Program-made: the position numbers and the translations under genes
The notes under the pieces: generated by a model
Told to the model about the DNA's origin: nothing
What the model saw: only the letters and a program-made list of their open reading frames with translations
Database searches by the model: none
Source: Eledone cirrhosa
Taxonomy: Eukaryota
Direction of reading: 5' to 3'
Assembly: GCA_964016885.1 (NCBI GenBank)
Contig: OZ024764.1
Span: 18,042,001 to 18,106,000, forward strand
Length of the DNA stretch: 64,000 nucleotides
In this document: piece after piece, positions 13,520 through 39,814 of the stretch
How positions within the stretch are numbered: position 1 is the stretch's first letter
How the letters are laid out: each line of letters begins with the position of its first letter

Positions 13520-13855
13520 AAGTGTGGTGGTGTTGTAGGGTAGGATAGTGTGGGGGGGGGGGGGGGCAAAGGAGGAGGTGGTGTTGTCGGGTAGGATAGT
13601 GGGGGGGGGCAAGGGAGGAGGTGGTGGTGTAGGGTAGTGTGGGGTGAGGGGGTATGTGGTGGTGGTGTAGGGTGGGTGAGGGATGGGTATGGGGGGGCAA
13701 AGGAGGAGGTGGTGGTGAGGGATGGGTATGGGGGGGGCAAAGGAGGAGGTGGTGGTGTAGGGTACGGTAGTGTGGGGTGAGGGGGTATGTAGTGGTGGTG
13801 TAGGTCGGGGGGGGGGGGGGGTATGAGGTGGGGCGAAGGAGGAGGTGGTGGTGAA
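13520..13855. repeat. G-rich low-complexity tract with degenerate internal repeats (G-quadruplex potential)
   Basis: Repeated GGGGGGGCAAAGGAGGAGGTGGTGGTG motifs and G runs of 7-17 nt. Confidence 0.7.
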
Positions 13856-14139
13856 TGAGAATTTTTACATCTGGAGATGTCCATGGTGTATCTGTGAGGG
13901 TGGTGTGCGGGAGGTGTGGGGTGGTGGCCTGCCCTACCTTACTATTTCACACTTCCACTACTTTCTTCCTCTCTCCAGCACTTCAACTACCCTGCCTCTA
14001 TCTTTATAGTGTGTATGTGTGTGCAGAATATATATTGTTGTTTGTGTCTGTGTATATATATATATATATATTCTTAGGTTTGTAAACAAACTGTAACTAT
14101 ATATACATATATATGTATATATATACATATATATATATA

Positions 14140-14179
<40 letters not shown>

Positions 14180-14216
14180 TACATATTTTAGAGTAAACAT
14201 TGATGCATTGATAAAC

Positions 14217-14260
<44 letters not shown>

Positions 14261-14376
14261 GTATATATATATGTATATATGTATATATATATGTATAGTT
14301 ACAGTTTGTTTACAAACCAAAGAATTTAAGGGTTTAAGACATTTAATGAGTAAAATTTACTTAATATTACTATTAC

Positions 14377-14449
<73 letters not shown>

Positions 14450-14450
<1 letters not shown>

Positions 14451-14585
14451 CATGGCCCTTTACGTTCTGAGTTCAAATCCCACCGAGGTCAACTTTGCCT
14501 TTCATCCTTACAGGGTCGATAAAATAAAGTACCAGTAATGTACTGGGGTAATTGCTGGCCTTGTGCCAAAACTAGAAACAATTAT
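14450..14585 (+). mobile_element. SINE fragment, family 2 (GCCTTTCATCC...GGGTCGATAAAATAAAGTACCAG body)
   Basis: B-box-like GAGTTCAAATCCC; homologous to 27950-28162 (+), 24295-24370 (-) and 18065-18140 (-). Confidence 0.75.
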
Positions 14586-14594
14586 ATATATATA

Positions 14595-14645
<51 letters not shown>

Positions 14646-14744
14646 TCATCACTGTTTAACATCCATTTTTCCACACTAGCATGGGTTAGGCGAGTTATCC
14701 TGTTGTGAGCAATACTAGGTCAGGTGACCATGTCTTGCCATATG

Positions 14745-15078
<334 letters not shown>

Positions 15079-15213
15079 TATACCATGTCAACTGTAACTC
15101 AGATATGTCTACCACAACAAATACAGACCCTGCTAACCCTAACCTGACCAACTGGTGCACTTGGTTAATGATTGATATATTTATGTAGCAAGATGTAAAC
15201 ATCCTAGTGTATG

Positions 15214-15354
<141 letters not shown>

Positions 15355-15425
15355 GTATGTATACCTATATAACCTCTATATAATACAACACTTACATATA
15401 TATATATATACATATATATATATAA

Positions 15426-15787
15426 TGGAGGCACATGGCTTAGTGGTTAGAGCATTGGCCTTGCAATCAAAAGGTTGTGAGTTCAATTCTCAGACCGGGT
15501 GCTGTGTTGTTTCCTTGAGCAAGACACTTTATTTCACATTGCTCCAGTTTACTCAGCTGTAGAAATGAGATGATAGGGACTGGGGTCCCTATCATCTCAT
15601 TTCTAGGGGTCCCTATCATTCCACTGCAAAGTGGTCGTGCAGGTGCCATGGCAAAAAAGCACCCACCACTCACTGTAAATGAGGTTGATGTTAGGAAGGG
15701 CATCCAGCTGTAGAAATCAAGCCACAATCAGTTCCCGTCCCACCCTTGCAAGCAGGGAAAAGCGGACGTAAAATGAAATGATGATGG
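15426..15787 (+). mobile_element. Full-length tRNA-derived SINE with RTE LINE 3' tail
   Basis: A box TGGCTTAGTGG, B box GAGTTCAATTC, central TCCTTGAGCAAGACACTT domain; the 3' end CCCGTCCCACCCTTGCAAGCAGGGAAAAGCGGACGTAAAATG is identical to the RTE end at 41975-42016. Confidence 0.9.
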
Positions 15788-15856
15788 TATATATATTTAT
15801 ATACACATATATATACACATATATAGAAGTGGTTCCACAACAGTTAGTTCACCATA

Positions 15857-15897
15857 CCGAGAACAATTGTTTCACCTTATGCAGATCTTCAGCTCGG
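15857..15897 (-). ncRNA. Minimal hammerhead ribozyme motif (left arm of the 15.9 kb palindrome)
   Basis: Minus strand CCGAG-CTGAAGA-TCTGCATAAGGT-GAAA-CAATTG-TT^-CTCGG. Confidence 0.65.
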
Positions 15898-15928
15898 GCT
15901 GGTAATGTTCCATATAACCATGACCAGT

Positions 15929-15968
15929 CCGAGCTGAGGATCCACTAAGGTGAAACAATTGTTCTCGG
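15929..15968 (+). ncRNA. Minimal hammerhead ribozyme motif (right arm of the 15.9 kb palindrome)
   Basis: CCGAG-CTGAGGA-TCC(ACTAA)GGT-GAAA-CAATTG-TT^-CTCGG; 5-bp stem I, palindromic stem III ACAATTGT. Confidence 0.75.
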
Positions 15969-16001
15969 TATGGTGAACTAACTGTTGTGGAACCACTGCT
16001 A

Positions 16002-16039
<38 letters not shown>

Positions 16040-16042
<3 letters not shown>

Positions 16043-16173
16043 TCATCATCATCATTTCATTTTACGTCCGCTTTTTCCCTGCTTGCAAGGGTGGGACGGG
16101 AACTGATTCTGGCTTGATTTCTACAGCTGGATGCTCTTCCTAACATCAACCTCATTTACAGTGAGTGCTGGGT
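16040..16173 (-). mobile_element. SINE 3' fragment, inverted relative to 15426-15787
   Basis: Reverse complement of about 15660-15787, including the RTE-type tail. Confidence 0.85.
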
Positions 16174-16934
16174 GGAACCACTTCTACCTAACTCGTCCCA
16201 TGGACTGAGTGCTCTACCACTACGGATATTACCTTCCAGTGTTCTACCTCTATATATATGGGTGTTCATCATGGTTCAGTGCTCAGTCAACATCTGTTTA
16301 ATATGGTTCTCCAGGTCATAAAAGAAGAGCTTAAGACTGGCTCTCCCTGAGAACCTCTGTAATATACGCTAATCGTGGGGTTCTTATGGCCAAATCTGCA
16401 AACCTGTGGAAGAATTCGAAAGGAGATTCCGGCTGTGTACATAGAAACAAACTGACTGACAAAGTAGGCTGTTGTTTCCTTATTTTTCTACTCTCTTTTT
16501 CTACCTCACACCCTGTCTTCTGACGAAGGACTAACATCCGAAACATTGAAACTCTTTTCATATAATATCAAGCATTAAACTAATATATATATCTTTATTA
16601 CATTGTTCTCCTGTGTTGATTTTTCTTATTTTCTACACTAATTCTTATATATATATACACATATATATATATATATACACACACACCTATCTACAGACCT
16701 GTGTGTGTTTGTGTTTATGCATCAAGAAAGTGTTAAATGCTCATTATGTACGTTCAGGATAATCCATAAAATCTGATATCTGAGTGTATATAATTACATA
16801 CATACACAAACATATGTATATATATATGTGTATGTATGTGAGTATATGTATATATATATGTGTGTAGTGTGTGTATATCTATATATGTATGTATGTACAT
16901 ATATGCATATATGAATACATGTATGTATATATAT

Positions 16935-16966
<32 letters not shown>

Positions 16967-18811
16967 CAGAAACATGTATATATATATATATATAAATATG
17001 TATATAAAATATATATTACATTCTGAACCATTCCTTAGGTATTTGCATGTAGGTAAACTAATATACACACTTACATATACAACACATGTATACATACATA
17101 CACATACCACATGCATACATGTTCATACATATACATACTGATACAACGCACAATATATATATATATATATACATACACGCATGAGTATACATACACACAT
17201 ACCTCATACACATGTTCATACATATATAAACTTATACAACGCACAATATATATATACATACACATACCACACATACACACACATACACTCACACATATCA
17301 CATACTCATAAGTATACATACACACATTCATACCACACACATACACAGTCAGGCTATAATGATATAGCAGACAGTAGGGTTATGAGGTGGTGGTGGTGTG
17401 TGGGAGGACTGAAGCATGTGGTGGGGAGGCGAGAGTCTGAGGGTAGGGGTAGGGCATGTTTATGTGAGGCTTTTTCCTTGGATTTCATTGGCTGACAGAT
17501 CAGAGGTGTGTCTTGGCTATGTTACATGTGTGTATATATATATATATATACACACATATATATGTGTGTATATAGATATATATATATGTGTATATATACA
17601 CATATGTGTATATATATATATAGATAGATATATATATGTGTATATATATAGATATGTATGTATATATGTATATATATATATATATATGTGTACATATATA
17701 TAGATATGTATGTATATATCTATATGTATATGTGTATATATACAGATATATATAAATATGTATGTATATATAGATATATATAAATATGTATGTATATATA
17801 GATATATATAAATATGTATGTATATATAGATATATATAAATATGTATGTATATATATCTATATATATATATATATATACACACATACACATGTAAATGTG
17901 TGTATATATATACACACATGTTTGTGTGTGTGGTTTGTGGTTTTGTCTACACAATTCATAATTCTTTGTAAATATGTTGTAGTTGTTGTTGTGATGTGTG
18001 TTGTTGTTGTTTGGCCTCGAGGGAGATATGGCTGCTACTTCTACCAACTTCACCACACCAGTGTATGACTGGTACTATATTCTATTAAACTCCCTGGAAC
18101 CACGAATGGCAAAGTTGACCTCCGGCACAAGATTTTAACTGACCGACCCCTGGGGCGCCTTTTTAACAGTTCTGCCAATGTAGAAGACAGTGGAGGTAGG
18201 GAGGGGCTCATGGAGGGAGCATACAAATTTGGACCCTAGAAAAGTGTCTGGAAAATTTGAAACTTAAAAAAGGGGAAAAAAACCTCTAAAATAGTTTTAG
18301 GGGTTTTTCAAGCAAAATCGATTTAAGAGAGAAATATGGCAGATACAACGACATGGGGCTGGAGAAGTAGATTTAGGGACCCCTTCAGATCCCTGGGTGT
18401 TCCTTTGGTTCATCCCCCCCCCCTTCTTCTCCACCCCCAGAGCAGGAGTCATTGAGTAGGGTCTGTAAATATATTTGATGTTCCTGTCTTCCTTACACCT
18501 CTCTCTCTCCTCTGTCCCCTTTCTCTCTCCTCTGTTCCCTCTCTCTCCTCTGTCCCCTCTCTCTCTCTATTTCGAAAGATAGACCCCCTCCCCCCAGTTC
18601 CTTAAATTATACACATACACACACACACATATATGCACACACAGGCGCATACACACAGACACGGTGTGTGTGTGTGTGAACTTCAGCTTTACTGTTCTTC
18701 AGATACCCCCCCCCCATCCCAACCACCCCTTCACCCCCATCTCCCTCTATATATGAATATAAACACACATATATATATATGTATATATGTATATATATAT
18801 ATATGTATATA

Positions 18812-18843
<32 letters not shown>

Positions 18844-18953
18844 CATATGTATATATATATATACATATGTATATATATATATATATATACATATGTATAT
18901 ATATATATATATGTGTATATATATATATATATATACATATGTGTATATATATA

Positions 18954-19006
<53 letters not shown>

Positions 19007-19075
19007 CTCTCATATCTCTTGCCTGTCTCTCATACCTCAAAACCTCATCGTTGAAGCTAAGCTAACCTAAAGAAC

Positions 19076-34372
<15,297 letters not shown>

Positions 34373-34869
34373 GAGAGACACAGGTAAATATCATACACAC
34401 TTATATATATATATATATAGACACTCTCTCTTCATCTCGATCAGAGACAACATTGTTTAAATTTTATCATAGCTATGATTAGCTTTCTATTTAGGATGGC
34501 AGAGACCTCAGCTTGAGGCCCACTATCCCATTATTTTCCTTTCTTTGATCTTTCTATCTGTTTGTCTTATCACACACACATCTTATCAGCAGAAAGATTT
34601 ATTTTTCTGTTGCACAATCCAACATTTTAAAGTGGTACTCTCACTTAAATCGTGCGAAACCATTTTACTGGTTTGAGAGCTGATGACGGTGAAGATGTGT
34701 GTGTGTGTGTGGACTTGTCTTGTACATCACCTTTCTTTATTTCCTACAGAAATTAATCTACAGAAAACAGAGTCAAACATTCACTTGTGTCTACAATCTA
34801 CAGTGTGTTGGTATGTTGGTAAAACAGAGTCTAACATTCACTACACTCGTGTGTACAATTTACATTTAA

Positions 34870-35067
34870 CCCTTTAGCATTTACATTACTCTATATATAC
34901 TATTGTATTTCCACAGTAAAGGCTTTATCTCACATAATATCGAATCTATGAGATTTTGATATTATTTATTTTGAGAACAATACCTTAACATCAGTATGAG
35001 TAGCCAGTTATGGTCAGTTTGAACAGAAAAGGGTGAGAGAATTCTGGCCGGTTTAACTGCTAAAGAG
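34870..35067. mobile_element. TTAA-flanked MITE (piggyBac-like non-autonomous element)
   Basis: TTAA|CCCTTTAGCA ... TGCTAAAGAG|TTAA. Further copies at about 36058-36250, 36257-36596 (TTAA|CCCTTTAG...CTAAAGGG|TTAA), 49035-49220 (inverted) and a fragment at 23420-23480. Confidence 0.8.
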
Positions 35068-35641
35068 TTAAATGTGAGCAACTTATGTTTGTGTGTTTAT
35101 AATAATATACTTAGTGTGTTGAAAGGAATTCTAGTATATATATAATGTAATATGTATATTTATTTTCTTTCCAGAATATGTGACCTAACTTGACCTTTTG
35201 TGACCTTATGTCACCTTTATGACCTTTTATGTTTAATCCTGACCTGGAGAATTCTTGTGTGGAAGTTTCTAGAAACGAGATTTAGTGACAGTTTGTATTT
35301 AAAAGAAAACAACAACAACAGCAACAGTAATAACAACAACAGCAGCAACATCCACAACAACAACAAAAAAGACTTAAATTATCATTTTTTTAAAACTTCA
35401 GTTTGCTACCCCTGCCCCCCACACAACTCACCCCCTCCCCACACACCTCAGCACCCTCCACATCATATATATTATATTTTATGTCCAGCTCCCTTTCTCC
35501 CCCAACATATGAGAGGTCAGAATCATCTGCCCTGGCCCTTTATGGCAGCTAAACAAATTATTTTTTATCCCCTTTTTTGTTGTATATAACCCCTCCCCCC
35601 ACTTCATTAAAAAATAAATAAAATGAAATAAAAAAGGAGAG

Positions 35642-35850
35642 GATTTGAGGGACTAGAAGCTAGCTGAGCCCTACATGTCTATAAACACAGGGACACCCAG
35701 ACACAGTGAGGCCCTAGATTTGAAGGATTAGAAACTAGCTGACTCCTATGCAGCTACAAACACTGGGACACCCAGACACAGTGAGGCCCTAGATTTGAGG
35801 GATTAGAAGCTAGCTGACCCCTAGACATCTACAAACATTGGGACACATCG
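35642..35850. repeat. 75-bp tandem repeat, about 2.8 copies
   Basis: GATTTGAGGG..TAGAAGCTAGCTGA..GGGACACCCAGACACAGTGAGGCCCTA at 35642, 35717 and 35792. Confidence 0.85.
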
Positions 35851-37369
35851 ATATATAGAGGGAACATGATTTTAGTTTGTTTTTACAAATTTTCTAAAGA
35901 TTTTTTTTTCACTTAAAACAGTTTTCAGTTCAAATATTTTGTTCAACCTTAAAAGTTTTTCAATTAAACCAGTTTTCTTGTTTTTTAAAAAGATTTTTTT
36001 TGGCTTTAAACTTTTTCTTTTTCAGTTAAAAAAAACACTTTTTTTCAGTTTCTTGAACCCTTTAGCATTTATATTACTCTACATTTACTATTGTATTTGT
36101 GTGGTAACAGCTTTATTTTGCATATCTCACATAATATCGAATCTGAGATTTTGATATTATTAATTTTGATAACAATACTTTAACATCAGTATGAGTGGCC
36201 AGTTACGGCTGGTTTGAAGAGAAAGACGTGAGAAAATTCTGGTCAGATACGGTTAACCCTTTAGAATTTACATTACTCTATATATACTATTGTATTTTCA
36301 TGGTAAAGGCTTTATCTCACATAACATCGAATCTATGAGATTCTGATATTGTCTTGGTAACAGTGGACCTGACCATATATATACCTATGTAGATATACAC
36401 CAGATGCTCCCCTAATGACCTCCCAACACTTATGCTTGATTGTAATGGATGGTGTGCTATGCTCATGAATGTCCAATCAAGCTTGACTAGATGATTACGA
36501 TTTTAAGAATACCTTAACATAAGCATGAGCAGCCAGCTATGGCCAGTTTGAAGAGAAAGAGGTGAGAGAATTCTGGCCAGTTTAAATGCTAAAGGGTTAA
36601 AGATGTTTCTTTTTTCAATTTAAAATATTTTTCACTATAAATTTCATAAAAAAAAAACAACAAAACAACGAGAATAAATGTTTTTTTTTCTATTTTATAC
36701 TAAATTTGAAATTTTTCATTTGATCAAAGTCAAATTTTCAAAAAAGATTAAAACCTAAATTAGTTTTAAACACTTTTTAAAAATATATTGCATGAGATGA
36801 ATATGATCTTAAAACTAGTTGTGTGTTGTAAAGTAGGGAAAGGTTGTATTTTGGTTGAGGCGTATTAGATTAAAGGTACACACATATTATTCTATGTATA
36901 TATTTGTTGTTGTTGCTGTTGTTATTTTCTTAATAAATTATACTTATTTCACTTCTTTCTCTTCTTTGTTCAATTATTCCTGGGGAGGGGGTCATAGGAG
37001 GGCAGAGTCCTCAAGCACTCCTTCCAGTAGGTCCTGTCGGAAGCAACTCTCTCTAATTGATTCGGCTGGATCCCCAAACAGACCATCCAAGCTTGTGTGT
37101 GTATATATATGTATGCAGTTGCGGACTGGGTCTAAAAATATTGGTTGCCAGGAGATAAAGGAGTCCCACCTACATATAGAATGCTATCATTTAATTTTTA
37201 TAATGAATAAATAACATTTTCGAAAAATCCATAAGTGGAAACAAAAAAGTGCAATAAATTTTTAGCAGAAAAATATCTTACCGTCCCCTATAAAAAAAAT
37301 ATGTCTTTTGCAAAATCCAGAGACTTTCAATAATGATCAGAAATCGACCCTAAATAATACTAATAGCTC

Positions 37370-37742
37370 TAGGAAAGCCATGAACAACACCACATCTTTT
37401 TAACTTTGATTTTGAAAGTAGGTTTATAATTATCAATTTTGATTATACTTTTGTAGATGTCTCTGTGGCCTAGTTGGGAGAATCACAGACAGTGGTGATC
37501 CTGGTCTGAAGTTCAATCCTGGTTGGGGGTAATGTTCCCAATAAACCTTTGCATTTTTTTTTCTAAAATAAAAACTGAAAAAGATTACATGTACCTCTCA
37601 ACCAGGATTGAACCCAGGACCAGGATCTCCACTGTCTCCAGTACTTACCACTAGGCTACAGAGACAACTACAAAAATCTTATGAAAATTCATAATTATAA
37701 ACCTACTTTCAAAATAAAGTGTTGTAGTGTCATGTCTTCCTT
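37370..37742. mobile_element. Fold-back element whose inverted arms each contain a tRNA-like (Pol III A/B box) segment
   Basis: Left arm ...TTTGAAAGTAGGTTTATAAT...TGTGGCCTAGTTGG...GTTCAATCCTGGTTG; the right arm is its reverse complement (CAACCAGGATTGAAC...CCACTAGGCTACA...ATTATAAACCTACTTTCAAA). Confidence 0.75.
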
Positions 37743-38214
37743 AATGTTATTGCTCCTACTTAAGGACTTTCAATAATGACGTTTGGTCTTTCACTCTCAC
37801 TGTGGAAGGTAGCCTTTAAACAATGATGATGACCACCTTCACCACTAATTGATTTGCCAGATGTCTTTAACCCATTGATACCAAATATTATTTGGTCAGT
37901 AGTTCCTGTGTAAGTATATAAATGTATGTAATATATATATATATGCATGCTTGTGTGTGTGTGTGTGTCTATATATGTATGTTTGCATGCATGAATGAAT
38001 ACACTAAGCTTTAGATTTAGTAGAATGTACAACCACTGATTCCAGCTATTTGCACTATCATATATTTTGTTTTCTATTAATTCCCTGGGGAATTGATTGA
38101 CCAAATACTTTGCTTAATTGTTTTATTTATTTAAAAAAAAATGTTATTCTTTCTCTTAGATTTCAGGTAATTTTTGAAAGCAAAGCATTGGCCCCTGCAA
38201 TGCTCTTGTGGGCT

Positions 38215-38485
38215 CTTGTAATTCAGAGATTCTTTCCTCAGACATTCTAACCACATGTCTGTAGAATCAGAGCTGTGATCTCTCAATTCAGAGATTCTTT
38301 CCTGAGACATTCTAACCACATGTCTGTAGTATCAGAGCTGTGATCTCTCAATTCAGAGATTCTTTCCTCAGACATTCTAACCACATGTCTGTAGTATCAG
38401 AGCTGGTCTCTCAATCCAGAGATTCTTTCCTGAGACCCTCTAACCACATGTCTGTAGTATCAGAGCTGTGATCTTTCAATTCGGA
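38215..38485. repeat. 65-bp tandem repeat, about 4 copies
   Basis: ATTCAGAGATTCTTTCCTCAGACATTCTAACCACATGTCTGTAG... at 38221, 38286, 38351 and about 38414. Confidence 0.9.
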
Positions 38486-39814
38486 GTAGGAACTCTACTT
38501 GGAGTGATTTGGAGCAAAAAAAAAAAAAAAATAAATGACAAACATTTTTTAAAAAAATTTATTAATTAATAAATAAAATAAAATAAAAATGGAATTTCAA
38601 ATTTAATTTTTTTTTCTTTTAATTAAAACTTAAGGGCACTTAAAGAAATATTTTAACAAGGAAGTTTAAATGAGAGAAAGAGATAGACAGAGTGGGAGAG
38701 AGAGGAAGGGTAAGAGATAGAATCATAGAGAGAGGGTGGACGAGAGATAGAGAGAGGGTAAGAGATAAAGTAGTATAGTTTCTTATTCTTTGTTTTGAGG
38801 GGTTTTTTTTCTCAAGAAACCATTTCCTCCACAAATTAACAATGGTCACATTGATGATGTCATCTTAACGTGTGTACAGTTAATGATGATGTCATCTTAA
38901 CATGTGTACAATTAATGATGTCATCTTAATGTATGTACAGTTAATGATGATGTCATGCTGTGTGTACAATTAACAATGATGTGTGAACAGTTAATGTCAT
39001 CTTAATGTGTGTACAATTAACAATGATGTCATGTTAAACTGTGTACAATTAATGATGATGTAATGTTATTTTGTGCAAAATTAATACTGTATGTGTTTGT
39101 ATGTATATATGTATCTGTGTGTAGTGTTTGTATGTATATATGTATGTGTGTCATGTTTGTATGGATGTATATATGTGTGTGTATATATGTATGTGAGTGT
39201 AGTGTTTGTATGTATATATGTATGGATGTATATATATGTGTGTGTGTATATACATATGTATGTATGGATGTGTGTGTATATATACGTATGTATGTGTATA
39301 TGTAGCTGTAACTCGTAATGGAGTCGTAAGTGTGCCATAGCGACATATTGAGTCTCGGACATTTTAAACCTGATCTTAACATACCTGAGTTTGGCTGGAA
39401 GTGAGTGTCTGGTCTGGCTGTTGGTCAGAAAATTGAGTGTAAGTGTATGTTGAGTGTAAATGTGTGTAAGTGCAAATGTTGAGTGTAAGTGTAGTGTAAG
39501 TGTGAGTTATTGATTGACCAGCTTCCAATTCTCCAAAAAAAGGATAGAAATATCAAAGAGTCGGCAAATATTGGGGAGGGAGGGGGGTAAGAGAGGGGGA
39601 CCAGGGTGTGTGTGGATGGGAAAGGGGGTTCAACGGTTGATAGTCAATGGCTGTTGCTGTTGTTGTTAGGTGGGGGCGGGGAGAAGATCCAGATTTGAAA
39701 GGTCTAGAGGTGTGTGTGAGGAAGGGCACAGTGTTAGGGAGTAGAGTTGGGGTGGGGGTAGTAGTGCTGTGGTGGGGTGGGGTTAGGGTAAGGCTAGGGG
39801 AGAGGAGGTAGGTC

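Noticed and set aside
37455-37530. Functional tRNA gene
   Set aside because: Only A/B-box similarity; I could not fold a convincing cloverleaf, and it is part of a repeat.
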